A DNA stretch of 64,000 bases from Muribaculaceae bacterium (GCA_017557625.1 JAFYYG010000031.1:1547-65546), one strand, 5' to 3'. Shown: positions 1 to 9,933, numbered from the stretch's first letter. The notes: a model not told the origin generated them from the letters alone. Program-made: numbers and translations.

Positions 1-204
1 GTGGTTGACAAGAGCCGCGGTTGGCTGTGGACCCCTGGCGACAAAGGTGATTTCATGAACGCACTACCCGAGCTGCAAGGCTTAGCAACGACTGATGAAG
101 GTTTTGAGCTGTATATGAGTCAGATGGTGGGGGAGCATCGCCACATGATAGTGGTGCGTGAAGTGCGCTCTATGTTTATAGAACTGATTGAGCAGGAGTT
201 TTAA
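1..204 (+). CDS. 3' end of a hypothetical protein (partial, runs off the window)
   Basis: Open frame from base 1 to TAA at 202-204 with host-like codon usage; family not recognised. Confidence 0.55.
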   Translation: MVDKSRGWLWTPGDKGDFMNALPELQGLATTDEGFELYMSQMVGEHRHMIVVREVRSMFIELIEQEF

Positions 205-206
205 TA

Positions 207-249
207 CTAGGAGTGACTAGGAGTGGCTAGGAATGACTAGGAATGGCTA
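207..249. repeat. 10-bp tandem repeat CTAGGA(G/A)TG(A/G), about 4 copies
   Basis: ctaggagtga ctaggagtgg ctaggaatga ctaggaatgg cta. Confidence 0.85.
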
Positions 250-298
250 ATATGTAAAATAAAAAACTGGAAATAACAGAAAACCGACAACTTTTTAT

Positions 299-306
299 TA
301 CCTTTG
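299..306 (+). promoter_or_regulatory. Bacteroidetes sigma-A -7 element (TAnnTTTG)
   Basis: TACCTTTG about 20 nt before ATG 328. Confidence 0.6.
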
Positions 307-327
307 CACTTCAATTCTTTTTGTGAG

Positions 328-1539
328 ATGAAGTTTCGCAATATATATGACTCTCGGCGCATATGGAAAATGGTGCTGCTGGCTGTGTCGCTTGTGCTGG
401 TGGGAGCGTTTATCTATATCTCAAACCGTCTGGTGAAGGACCTTGCTAAGCAGGAGCGTGAGCGCATGGAGATATGGGCTGATGCTACACGCGAGATGGT
501 GACTTCTTCCAACGAAAATATGGATTTCCCGCTTCGCATTATTATGGGCAATCATAACATCCCTGTGTTGGTTGTTGATAATGAGACTGGAACTATTGCT
601 GAACAGCGCAATTTCAAGCTTCCTGAGCCCGCCGACACCATCAAGGGGAATAATATTGAGGAATATTCTCAAGTGAACAAGGACTTCCTTAACAAGAAAC
701 TGAAAAAGCTGCGCAACTCATCTAATAAGATTGAAATCGACATTGATGACATGAATCTGCATCAAACCCTCTACTACGAGGACAGCGATGTGCTGCGTCG
801 GCTTGCATATTTCCCTTACATCCAGCTAGCTGTGATGCTGCTGTTCCTGGGTATCGCCTATTTCGCACTTATCAGCGTGAAGCGTGCTGAGCAGAACCGT
901 GTGTGGGTGGGACTCTCGAAGGAGACGGCCCACCAGTTAGGCACCCCTATCTCGTCGCTCATGGCATGGACTCAGATGCTTGAGTCGATGGGTATCGACA
1001 AGGAGATTATCACCGACATGGACACTGATGTGCACCGCCTATCGGTGATTGCCGACCGCTTCTCGAAAATCGGCTCTATGCCCGACAAAGAGCTGACGTT
1101 CATCAATGAGGCAGTGGAGAGCAGTCTCGCCTATATGCGTACCCGCATACCCAAGCAAGTGGCGCTCACCGTGCATACCGACGAGGAGAAGAACTGTGGC
1201 GTGATGCTGTGCCAGTCGCTCTTTGAATGGGTGATGGAGAATCTCACGAAGAACGCTGTCGATGCCATGGAGGGCAAGGGCAGCATCGATATTGAGGTCA
1301 CCAGCGACGACAAGCACGCTCACCTCTATATCAAGGATACTGGTAAGGGTATCGCCCGCAAGAACTTCAAGAACGTGTTCAATCCCGGCTTCACCACCAA
1401 GAAGCGCGGTTGGGGCCTTGGCCTGACGCTCGTGAAGCGCATCATCGAGGAATACCACGGTGGCAAGATTTATGTGAAAGAGAGCGAAGTGGGCAAGGGA
1501 ACAACGTTTGCCATTGAGATACCGAAGATTAAGTGTTAG
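328..1539 (+). CDS. Membrane sensor histidine kinase (HisKA + HATPase_c); no adjacent response regulator
   Basis: Two TM segments; H-box ETAHQLGTPISSL; N-box ENLTKNAVDAM; G1 DTGKGI; F/G2 FNPGFTTKKRGWGLGL. ATG 328 preferred over TTG 304. Confidence 0.92.
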   Translation: MKFRNIYDSRRIWKMVLLAVSLVLVGAFIYISNRLVKDLAKQERERMEIWADATREMVTSSNENMDFPLRIIMGNHNIPVLVVDNETGTIAEQRNFKLPEPADTIKGNNIEEYSQVNKDFLNKKLKKLRNSSNKIEIDIDDMNLHQTLYYEDSDVLRRLAYFPYIQLAVMLLFLGIAYFALISVKRAEQNRVWVGLSKETAHQLGTPISSLMAWTQMLESMGIDKEIITDMDTDVHRLSVIADRFSKIGSMPDKELTFINEAVESSLAYMRTRIPKQVALTVHTDEEKNCGVMLCQSLFEWVMENLTKNAVDAMEGKGSIDIEVTSDDKHAHLYIKDTGKGIARKNFKNVFNPGFTTKKRGWGLGLTLVKRIIEEYHGGKIYVKESEVGKGTTFAIEIPKIKC

Positions 1540-1603
1540 GAATAGTTAGGAATAACTAGGAATAGCTAGGAACAGCTATGAATGACTAGGAATAGCTAGG
1601 AAT
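1536..1603. repeat. 10-bp tandem repeat (C/T)TAGGAATAG, about 7 copies
   Basis: ttaggaatag ttaggaataa ctaggaatag ctaggaacag ctatgaatga ctaggaatag ctaggaat. Confidence 0.85.
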
Positions 1604-1608
1604 TAATA

Positions 1609-2433
1609 ATGGGTAATAGTCAATACATAAAAATGTTGGGCACGGGGAGTGCGATGTGCACTCGGTGCTACAACACCTGCTTCTACCTTAAAAGTAGCGC
1701 GGGGCATTTGATGGTGGATGCTGGTGGCGGCAATGGCATCTTTCGTCAACTATATCGTGCTGGCATCGACTACACGCAGATTCACCATCTCTTTGTTACC
1801 CATGTTCACACCGACCATATCATGGGTGTCATCTGGCTTATTCGCAAGATTTCGCCGCTGCTCTACAAGGGCAAATATCATGGCACGTTCACTATCTACT
1901 GCCACAGCGGGGTGCGTGAGGCGCTCGAGACTATGTGCAATATCATGATTCCCGCCAAGATAATGGCAGCGGTGGGTAAGACCATTTTCCTGCGTGAGGT
2001 GAGTGACGGTGAGACTATTGATATTGACGACATGCGTGTCACTTTCTTCGACATCGGAAGCGACAAGACGTTGCAGTACGGTTTTAGCGCTTTGATGCCC
2101 GATGGGCAACGGTTGGTGTGCCTCGGTGATGAACCTTATAACCCTGTGAGCGAGCGATATGTGAAAGGGTGTGATTGGTTGCTGTGTGAGGCATTTTGCA
2201 TGTACCGCGACCGAGAACAGTTCCGTCCCTACGAAAAGCACCACAGCACGGTCATCGACGCTGGCAAACTTGCTCAGGAACTTGGTGTGAAGAACCTGCT
2301 TCTCTACCACACCGAGGACACCCGCCTAATGGCTCGTCGCGAAAACTACACTGCCGAGGCTCGCACTGTCTTCACCGGCAATATCCATGTGCCAATGGAT
2401 CTGGAGACAATATACTTAATGCACAATGCATAA
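1609..2433 (+). CDS. MBL-fold metallo-hydrolase, RNase Z/BN-like
   Basis: LGTGS start, VDAGGG, HxHxDH (THVHTDH), GD, EA and KHHST...LYH motifs. Confidence 0.85.
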   Translation: MGNSQYIKMLGTGSAMCTRCYNTCFYLKSSAGHLMVDAGGGNGIFRQLYRAGIDYTQIHHLFVTHVHTDHIMGVIWLIRKISPLLYKGKYHGTFTIYCHSGVREALETMCNIMIPAKIMAAVGKTIFLREVSDGETIDIDDMRVTFFDIGSDKTLQYGFSALMPDGQRLVCLGDEPYNPVSERYVKGCDWLLCEAFCMYRDREQFRPYEKHHSTVIDAGKLAQELGVKNLLLYHTEDTRLMARRENYTAEARTVFTGNIHVPMDLETIYLMHNA

Positions 2434-2656
2434 TTGGGCTGCGCCTAGTTTTTAAGCACACGAATTAGACGAATGTAAACTAATTGGGCTGTAGTCATGG
2501 GCAATATATATGCTGCAAATAGTTGATAAATATTAAAAATGGGGGATAAATAGCTAATTATTAATTTTTTGTAACTTTGCGGTTGTAAATATTGGATAAG
2601 TATGCCCTGCCTTACCCAGACGGATGAGGGTGGCAGAGTCTTAAAATAATAGGCTT

Positions 2657-3445
2657 ATGAAAAAGACTTTTTTACTGATTGTTGCTGTTCTGATGCTGGC
2701 TATGAGTGCCAGCGCGCAGGAGAATGAGAAATATGAGACCGTGTATCTCAACAACGGTCAGGTGATAAAGGGTAAAATCACTGATTATGACGCCAATAGT
2801 CACCTTGTGATACGCACCGATGATGGCCGTGTGTTGCGCTACGACATTCACGAGGTGGAGCGTGTGCAGCGTCGCGCCAGGCCCGACAATGTGGCGTTTG
2901 ACAGCGACTTCAACGGCAAGGGTCCGCAGCGTGGCTATCGCGGCTTTGTAGATGGCCAGGCCACGTTTCGCTCGGGCAAGTATGGCTTCTCGCGCTATGG
3001 AGTGTCTACTACCCACGGCTACCAGTTCCGCCCGTGGCTATTTGCCGGAGTGGGCTATGAGTATTACCTCTTCAAGGATCAGATGGACAAGAAATACAGC
3101 ACTCACACCATCTTCGGCGATGTGCGCATCGACTTTATGAAGTCAAGCATCGACCCATTCCTTGACCTGCGCGTGGGTTACAATACCGGTAAGAATATGG
3201 GGCTGATGGTGAGTCCGTCGGTGGGACTGCGCATAGCACTCGGTAAGAATATGCCACTGGCATTGAATCTGGGGATGGGTTATTCCTTCCAGCGCATGAG
3301 TCACGTGTATTATTACTATGATGACTTGCACAGCGATGGCCCTTATTACATCATTGATGGCAATGGCGACCACAACACCGCTCTCATCGACATGGACGCT
3401 CAAATCTCAGGAGGCTTCACCGTGAGAGTGGGGCTTGAGTTTTAG
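2657..3445 (+). CDS. Outer-membrane beta-barrel protein with small N-terminal domain
   Basis: Signal peptide; VYLNNGQVIKGKI domain; GYRGFVD...TTHGYQF amphipathic strands; C-terminal VGLEF. Confidence 0.8.
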   Translation: MKKTFLLIVAVLMLAMSASAQENEKYETVYLNNGQVIKGKITDYDANSHLVIRTDDGRVLRYDIHEVERVQRRARPDNVAFDSDFNGKGPQRGYRGFVDGQATFRSGKYGFSRYGVSTTHGYQFRPWLFAGVGYEYYLFKDQMDKKYSTHTIFGDVRIDFMKSSIDPFLDLRVGYNTGKNMGLMVSPSVGLRIALGKNMPLALNLGMGYSFQRMSHVYYYYDDLHSDGPYYIIDGNGDHNTALIDMDAQISGGFTVRVGLEF

Positions 3446-3512
3446 CTGTTTGCGGCCTATTTGCACGATATAAAATCGCTCCAAAGCCGCCTTAACTGAA
3501 AATAAGAAAATG

Positions 3513-3548
3513 AATGGCTTGAAACCTTGTGTGGTCTCAAGCCATTCG
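3513..3548 (-). terminator. Intrinsic terminator hairpin between convergent genes
   Basis: gaatggcttgaaacc-loop-ggtctcaagccattc. Confidence 0.65.
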
Positions 3549-3598
3549 AGAAATATAGCGTTTTTGTTTTATTATAAACAAAATTGCATTCACTGTCT

Positions 3599-3748
3599 TT
3601 ATTTAAGATATTCGTCAACCTTGTCGTTGGGTACCATTCTTTCCTCAAAAACGTAGGCACCGGTTTTTGGCGAGCGAACTATCTTGATCACTTTGCTGAA
3701 ATTACGACCTTCACCAGTCTGAAGGGTTGCAACTGTCTTTTTTGCCAT
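3599..3748 (-). CDS. DUF4295-family small protein (49 aa; missing from the ORF track)
   Basis: Manual translation MAKKTVATLQTGEGRNFSKVIKIVRSPKTGAYVFEERMVPNDKVDEYLK*; usual position after rpmG in Bacteroidetes. Confidence 0.85.
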   Translation of the reverse strand: MAKKTVATLQTGEGRNFSKVIKIVRSPKTGAYVFEERMVPNDKVDEYLK

Positions 3749-3760
3749 GATTAAAAAGTA

Positions 3761-3949
3761 TTATTTGATTTCTTTGTGAATAGTGTACCTCTTGAGGTAG
3801 GGGTTGTATTTTTTCAACTCCAGACGCTCAGTTGTGTTCTTGCGGTTCTTTGTAGTGATGTAGCGTGACATTCCGGGAACGCCGCTGTCCTTCTGCTCAG
3901 TGCACTGAAGGATTACCTGAATGCGATCGCCTTTAGTTTTCTTTGCCAT
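3761..3949 (-). CDS. rpmG: 50S ribosomal protein L33
   Basis: [34 protein letters not shown]. Confidence 0.97.
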   Translation of the reverse strand: MAKKTKGDRIQVILQCTEQKDSGVPGMSRYITTKNRKNTTERLELKKYNPYLKRYTIHKEIK

Positions 3950-3960
3950 AACTCCTCGAT

Positions 3961-4215
3961 TTAATAGATTGCTTTAATTTCTTTTAAATTACCGTCCTGA
4001 GCAGCTTTTTTCAATGCGGCGTCAAGGCCGATGCGGTTGATAAGACGCAGACCGCTGGCGCTCACTGTCAAGCGAATCCACTGATCCTGCTCCACCCAAT
4101 AGAACTTGCGGTTGAAGATGTTCACATTGAACTTGCGTTTAGTTCTTCTTTTAGAGTGCGACACGTTGTTACCTGTAATCGCCTTCTTGCCTGTGATTTG
4201 ACAAACTTTTGACAT
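3961..4215 (-). CDS. rpmB: 50S ribosomal protein L28
   Basis: [32 protein letters not shown]. Confidence 0.97.
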   Translation of the reverse strand: MSKVCQITGKKAITGNNVSHSKRRTKRKFNVNIFNRKFYWVEQDQWIRLTVSASGLRLINRIGLDAALKKAAQDGNLKEIKAIY

Positions 4216-4513
4216 AGTGTTTTACTTCAATAATGTTATCAAAAAATTTATTCTCTCGTTGATTTCAAGCCGCCACTTCAGCAATTGGTCCACGTAGCAC
4301 AATATTCTACCACGACACCCTTGTACACTGGCGATAAATTGACGTGAGAAGCCATCAATGCTACCCACCAGCAGTTGTTTTTGCGTTAAATATCGTCCTA
4401 CGCTTTATGGCCACATTTTAAGCATCATAGAGCAGCCATCGAAGTTTCAACGATCATGTCACAGAACAGGTCTAACGGGACTAAACCCAAGTACCCTGAC
4501 TCGAAATCGGGGG

Positions 4514-4521
4514 CAAAGGTA
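4514..4521 (-). promoter_or_regulatory. -7 promoter element for the rpmB operon (implies a leader of about 290 nt)
   Basis: TACCTTTG on the minus strand; no closer consensus noticed. Confidence 0.5.
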
Positions 4522-4867
4522 GATACTTTTTTTCAATTGACCAAATTTTTTTTCGTTTCACGCGATTTTTCCATCGTTTTTTTGATTTTTGTTGATTTTG
4601 GTCAAAACCCAAATAGGTCATTAGTCGACGTGAAGAACAGTCCCTTTTTCCTCATTTTGTCACTACAAAAACACTACAAGCATTGAATTATGCACAAATT
4701 TTCACAAAAATTCTATGTCATACACAAAGATTAACAGAAAAATCATTGCGTTTTTGCTCAAGATGCTATAATTTTGCAACGTGAAAAAACCAAAAGTTTT
4801 ATAAAAATCTCATAGAAATACAAAGTTTTATAAACGAAACATAATATTAACTGATAAAATTACAAAT

Positions 4868-7867
4868 ATGAACGTGAAATCTTTTATTATCGCCCTAATG
4901 ATGGTAGTGCTTGTGTCGTTTGCGGCACTTGCCGATGTCCATCATGACACCATGAGCAAAGTCACGCATTTTGACTATAGTGGTTACACCTACACCTATG
5001 TTGATGAGAATGGTGTAGAACAAACAGTGAGCCTAACCGATGAGGCCACAAGTACTGACCAAATTATTGCTTTGCTGAAAAAGGTCTATACCGACCCCTC
5101 AATCCCTGGCATTCGTTATGCCTACGACTACAAGGATGCCGAAGGTCAACCTTACCAGCGCAAGAAGCTCAACTACAACGCCAATGCCAGTCATGGAACG
5201 CCCTGGGGCAAGACCAACGACATCGTTAATCCCTACGATGATGGCATGACCATGCTAGTGGTTCAGGTTAAAGACAACTATAAAAAATCAATGCTTACTG
5301 GAAGCGACAGGAACAAGATTGACGTTGCCCTCCAGTCGGTAAAATTAGTGAAAAATTTCACACGTGTGAACGATCCCGTGAATCCAGGCTACATCATGTC
5401 GATTGACGGCATCAGCACCAACCGCTTCTTCTTCCTGTCGAAGGGAAAGCCCAGAGCAACTTACATCTCACCATTTTATATGACCTATGAGCAGATTAGC
5501 CCAGTGAATTATGCTACTGCCTCCGAAACCACCAATTTCATCAGCGAGATTAAGGCTGGTCATTCTTATCCTTGTATTCATGACTGTGGACAAATGCTCA
5601 ATTATAATCCTGGCCACTGGTTCACCATCGACCAGAGCGGTGAGAACTACAGTCTCAAAAACCTCACAATCTTTATGCCCGACAGGCGCTTTGAGGAAAA
5701 CCTGGACCCTGACGAGACTGTAGCTGATGATCATGTTAATGGCGAGGTCTATAAGAACTATGGCAGGACAGGTACTGACACCGATCCATTCAACCCTGTT
5801 ATTGCCCCTAAGGTGCTTATGTACACCGCCGACCTCAATGCCGTGGCTACTCCTTCGGATTATTCTACTGGTGATGACAGAAGCTACTACGATGTGAACC
5901 TTGACTGGAGCACCTCGTTCACCGAAGAAAAACTTGGCCTTGACATTCCACAGCATTTCTATGTTTATCTTGTAAACGAAGATGGCTCGCGCACTCTGAT
6001 TCAGGATGTGGAAAAGGACGAGAATGGATTGGTAAGGGTGCAGAATCACACTTATACTGTGGAGCAGACCGATGAGACCCAAACCCTTAGATATGTGGTT
6101 ACCGCTCATCCCATCAACTATGACAATGACGGGAGCATTCTCACCCAAGACGGCGAGCCTTACATCACCATCAGTGCCGAGAGCCCGGTGCGCACTGTAA
6201 CCATCCCCGGTTTGAAGAACGCATTCTTTACCGAACTCTCGGAGTATCGCAGCCGCTATTATGTCGAAAATTCAAGCAAACAATATAATATCTACAGGAA
6301 CACCGTATCAATTAATCCAACTAACTCCACCGAGTTTGGTAAAATAAATACTGTCGATAAAGCCTACAGATTATGCCGCAAGTCAATAAAGAACGGCAAT
6401 GTGAGCTCAACAGAGAAAATAATTGCTCAAATCACATTTACACCTTCTGCTTACAATGAGAACAATGTTGTTACCGCATACAACTATTCAATAATTTATA
6501 AGGACAAAGATAAAACAAACGATGAGGGCGTTGTTACCGAAGAGGGAAAATATACTCAGGAAGTGAGAGAAGAGTACCTCTTTGACGAAAACACCCCTAC
6601 ATATCTTGAGACCAGTGGTACTATCACTATCGACGAGCCAGTATTTGTTCTTTATGACCGATTTATTGAGTCTACTATATCAAACAACCAGGATGAGGGG
6701 TATGTATATTACCTGAAAGGACTTGCTAATACAAACTACATCACTCGCAGCAACGAGTATAATGTTCCTGTGTACAAGACCGAGAACATTGTCGCTGGTG
6801 AAGGCCGCACCCTTGACGAAGTGATTGCCGATGTGGACCACAGCGCAAAGGCTACTCCAGACAACACTATCACCTTCAAGGCAATCAACGACCCTGCCGC
6901 CAATCTCGTGGATTATGAGATTCGCCGACTCAGACAGAACAACTTCAAATTTTTCACCAAAATTGGCAAGGCCGAGAACTATAACAACAGCGGACAGTAT
7001 TATATTTATGCCCTTAACGAGGCTGGACAACTTAACGAGCTGGTGAACATAGAGACTGTAGGCACCGAGGGTGGCAACATTACCACTCACGATATCAATA
7101 GCTCAAATGACAACCAGACAAGCAGCTACGTGCCTGTTATCAATACTCTCTATAACGGTGATGCCTCGAAGCCCAACTCTTATGGCTGCGACATCCAGCG
7201 CACGAAATACCCTGCAGTGAAAGTTACTATTGAGGCTAAAGAGAAGACAGAACCATTCTATAGTAATGATGGTCCTCTGATGGGTTATCGTGTGAACCTG
7301 AATATTTCTCCAGACCTACCAAAATCTACTGAGAGCAGCATCAATTATGTGTACTACTACCGCGTGTGGCGCGAGATTGACAGCAAGAACAATCCCACCC
7401 TCATTGAAGGTGAGAAGATGGTCAATCAAGAGGATAACCAGAGCGGTGAGGGCTGGGCAAGCGACTATGATTGCCTGCATGTGACCTATCCTGGACAAAA
7501 TGCTGTTTCGGTTAATGACCTATTTATCGACTATGCCTACGAAGGCAACAAAGACGTAAAATACATCGTGCGCCTCTATGCAACCACAATTCCTGGTCAA
7601 GAAGGTTCTGGTCATGACTACAACACATTGGCAGTGAGTGAAGGTGGAAACGGCAAGGACTACTTCATCGCCGAGGCTAAAATTACCGCCAACTTCACCC
7701 CCGAAACTCCAACAGGAATAGGTGTCATCAACGCTGAGGCTAAGGTGGAGAACGTCACCTACTACAACATGATGGGCGTGGGCAGCAACCATCCACACCA
7801 GGGTGTAAATATCGTGGTAACCCGCTACACCAACGGAACTACCACCTCTAACAAAGTGATATTCTAA
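4868..7867 (+). CDS. Large secreted protein (999 aa) with T9SS-type C-terminal sorting tail, function unknown
   Basis: Signal peptide; C-terminus TGIGVINAEAKVENVTYYNMMGV...PHQGVNIVVTRYTNGTTTSNKVIF. Confidence 0.8.
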   Translation: MNVKSFIIALMMVVLVSFAALADVHHDTMSKVTHFDYSGYTYTYVDENGVEQTVSLTDEATSTDQIIALLKKVYTDPSIPGIRYAYDYKDAEGQPYQRKKLNYNANASHGTPWGKTNDIVNPYDDGMTMLVVQVKDNYKKSMLTGSDRNKIDVALQSVKLVKNFTRVNDPVNPGYIMSIDGISTNRFFFLSKGKPRATYISPFYMTYEQISPVNYATASETTNFISEIKAGHSYPCIHDCGQMLNYNPGHWFTIDQSGENYSLKNLTIFMPDRRFEENLDPDETVADDHVNGEVYKNYGRTGTDTDPFNPVIAPKVLMYTADLNAVATPSDYSTGDDRSYYDVNLDWSTSFTEEKLGLDIPQHFYVYLVNEDGSRTLIQDVEKDENGLVRVQNHTYTVEQTDETQTLRYVVTAHPINYDNDGSILTQDGEPYITISAESPVRTVTIPGLKNAFFTELSEYRSRYYVENSSKQYNIYRNTVSINPTNSTEFGKINTVDKAYRLCRKSIKNGNVSSTEKIIAQITFTPSAYNENNVVTAYNYSIIYKDKDKTNDEGVVTEEGKYTQEVREEYLFDENTPTYLETSGTITIDEPVFVLYDRFIESTISNNQDEGYVYYLKGLANTNYITRSNEYNVPVYKTENIVAGEGRTLDEVIADVDHSAKATPDNTITFKAINDPAANLVDYEIRRLRQNNFKFFTKIGKAENYNNSGQYYIYALNEAGQLNELVNIETVGTEGGNITTHDINSSNDNQTSSYVPVINTLYNGDASKPNSYGCDIQRTKYPAVKVTIEAKEKTEPFYSNDGPLMGYRVNLNISPDLPKSTESSINYVYYYRVWREIDSKNNPTLIEGEKMVNQEDNQSGEGWASDYDCLHVTYPGQNAVSVNDLFIDYAYEGNKDVKYIVRLYATTIPGQEGSGHDYNTLAVSEGGNGKDYFIAEAKITANFTPETPTGIGVINAEAKVENVTYYNMMGVGSNHPHQGVNIVVTRYTNGTTTSNKVIF

Positions 7868-7906
7868 AACTAACTCCCTTCATATTTGTAATTCTCAGTA
7901 ATGTGT

Positions 7907-7942
7907 GAACGGCTCGGGTGAATTCACCTGGGCCGTTCTTTT
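7907..7942 (+). terminator. Intrinsic terminator
   Basis: gaacggctcgggtg-aatt-cacctgggccgttc followed by tttt. Confidence 0.75.
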
Positions 7943-7957
7943 ATAGTGAGACATAGT

Positions 7958-7988
7958 GAGACAATTGGGGTCTGACCCCAATTGTCTC
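7958..7988. repeat. REP-like palindrome
   Basis: gagacaattggggtc t gaccccaattgtctc. Confidence 0.7.
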
Positions 7989-8014
7989 AAAAATTACGTG
8001 GGTTTGATTAATAA

Positions 8015-8324
8015 AACGTGAGTTCGATGAATTTGTTTCCTGATAATCATTGCGTTGGCAGCTCTCCCTCTAAGATAGAGGGGGTAAGGGGGAGTATGAT
8101 AGCCTCAAGAAAATGCTATTAAGCGAGTCAAAACTGAGCTTGCTCAATGCCTTGAGAGCGTGAGCATTTTATTAAAATTACAAAATTTTGTAATTTTAAT
8201 ACCCCTCAGTCACTTCGTGCCAGCGGATTCCTCCCCTGCATGAGGGGAGGTGCCGTAGGCGGAGGGGAGGGAGCCTTAGGGGAGCAGCTGATACACTGTA
8301 ATTTGTTTTCGTCGAACTCGCGTT
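8015..8324. mobile_element. MITE-like element containing nested palindromic units
   Basis: TIRs AACGTGAGTTCGATGAA / TTCGTCGAACTCGCGTT; TTAATAAA repeated directly at both flanks; non-coding; a similar right end at 17318-17334. Confidence 0.65.
8110..8170 (+). repeat. About 60-bp dispersed AAAATGC...GCATTTT element, copy 1
   Basis: Homologous to 63729-63789 (inverted) and to the ends of 25388-25561. Confidence 0.75.
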
Positions 8325-8426
8325 AATAAACAACTGATTTTTCTGATTAATCATAGTCAATGTCGAAACAATTAGTCAGATAAATCAGATTAATCCGTAG
8401 TTTATTATTTTGAATGTGGCTTGGTC

Positions 8427-9863
8427 TTATTGCTTCTTGGTATAAACTCCCTTGATGAAATCTAAGATTCGGCCTCGTGTGGTCCAGGAGATTTCGCCTT
8501 GTGTGGCGTAGTTGAGGCTCTCAAGCTTGGATGCACATTGTTGGAACATGTGGTTGTGTTCGGGCAGGAGTTCGCACGTCACATTCTTGACGCTCGCTTT
8601 TAGGGCGTTGAAGGTCTGCTCGGCATCAACCTGGAAGTCCCACTCGCCGCCCAGGGCGAGCACTTGGCAGTTGATTTTCTCGAGATAAGGCTTGGGGTCG
8701 AGGCGAACGAAGGTCATATACCAGGGCGAAGTCATTAGCGCTACGCTTTGCTCTATCAACTCGGGGGTGTATTGCTGCAGAGTGGAGGCGGCGAAACGCT
8801 TGCGCAGCGACTCGCGTAGCTGAGTGGTATCGGCAATATTGACAATGTCATCAAAAATGCCTTCTATCTCTTCTACCTGCGCCTGTGTGTAGGGCATGCC
8901 CACCATGTCGAGCATCGAGAGGTTCTGCTTCACCATCACATCGCGGCCTTTCACTGCAGGTCCGGCAAGCGAGACGACGAACGCCACGCGCGGGTCGTTG
9001 GCGGCATTGATAAACGCTATCTGTCCGCCTTCGCTGTGGCCTATGTAGCCAACTCGTGAGTAGTTGATGCCGTCGGCGTTCATCAGGAAGTCAAAAGCGG
9101 CTTGCGCATCTTTGGCGAAGTCGAAGGTCGTCTCGTTGCCCTTCAATTGGCTCGACTCTCCCGCACCACGATCATCGTAGCACAGCACCGCCACGCCACG
9201 GCTGAGCAGGTAGGAGGCAATTGATCTGTAAGGTTGTTGGTCAAACATGGTTCCGTCGCGGTCTTGTGTGCCGCTGCCCGAAACAAGGACTGCGGCGGGA
9301 AGTCCGTTTTTTCCACACATCGATGGCATATATAGCGTGCCGGCGAGAGTCACATCGTCGTGGCCGAATTTCACCTCTTGAAAGTTAATGTTACCTTTCC
9401 ATTCATTTTCAATAAGTGTCTCATTTCCCAGGGTGTCAATAAGTACTAATGGCTTGGGTTTTTGTGGTCTCATGTACATTACCATTTCACCTGTGTCGTG
9501 GTCTCTGCACATGAGCTTCAATGGCTGCTCTTTGCCGTTTTGCGAGAATGTGCCGTCAATGCAGTTGGAATTGATGACCGTGCCGGTGAAGCACGCGTTC
9601 ATCGACGGAATCTTAATCTCTACATGATAATAACCTGGCAGTCTGGATGCTTCGCAGGGGATGCGTGTCTCTTCCCCGTTGATGGCGATGATATAGGCAT
9701 TAAGCGATCCATCGCTCGCCTCGCTGATGTTAAACTTAAGAGTTTGCTGTTTTTTCCCTATTTGCACCGTGCCTTCCCATCTTGCCGAGAGCCACATAGC
9801 CTCAGCCGCAAAACAGAAGCACAAGAGCATCAATACGAGTGATATTGTCTTTTTCATTTTCAC
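8427..9863 (-). CDS. Secreted alpha/beta-hydrolase (serine peptidase/esterase)
   Basis: Signal peptide; VLVSGSGTQDRD, YDDRGAGES, nucleophile GHSEGG, D (DFQV), H (HNHMFQ). Confidence 0.88.
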   Translation of the reverse strand: MKMKKTISLVLMLLCFCFAAEAMWLSARWEGTVQIGKKQQTLKFNISEASDGSLNAYIIAINGEETRIPCEASRLPGYYHVEIKIPSMNACFTGTVINSNCIDGTFSQNGKEQPLKLMCRDHDTGEMVMYMRPQKPKPLVLIDTLGNETLIENEWKGNINFQEVKFGHDDVTLAGTLYMPSMCGKNGLPAAVLVSGSGTQDRDGTMFDQQPYRSIASYLLSRGVAVLCYDDRGAGESSQLKGNETTFDFAKDAQAAFDFLMNADGINYSRVGYIGHSEGGQIAFINAANDPRVAFVVSLAGPAVKGRDVMVKQNLSMLDMVGMPYTQAQVEEIEGIFDDIVNIADTTQLRESLRKRFAASTLQQYTPELIEQSVALMTSPWYMTFVRLDPKPYLEKINCQVLALGGEWDFQVDAEQTFNALKASVKNVTCELLPEHNHMFQQCASKLESLNYATQGEISWTTRGRILDFIKGVYTKKQ

Positions 9864-9933
9864 TTGAATTTAGTTATGATTGCAAAGGTAATATATTAAT
9901 TTCAGTATTTCAATTTTTTTAGGAATGTAATGC

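Noticed and set aside
4216-4686. tmRNA/SRP/RNase P call, and the 76-aa ORF at 4456
   Set aside because: No tRNA-like ends, tag reading frame or other diagnostic motif found; the ORF crosses promoter DNA and is low-complexity
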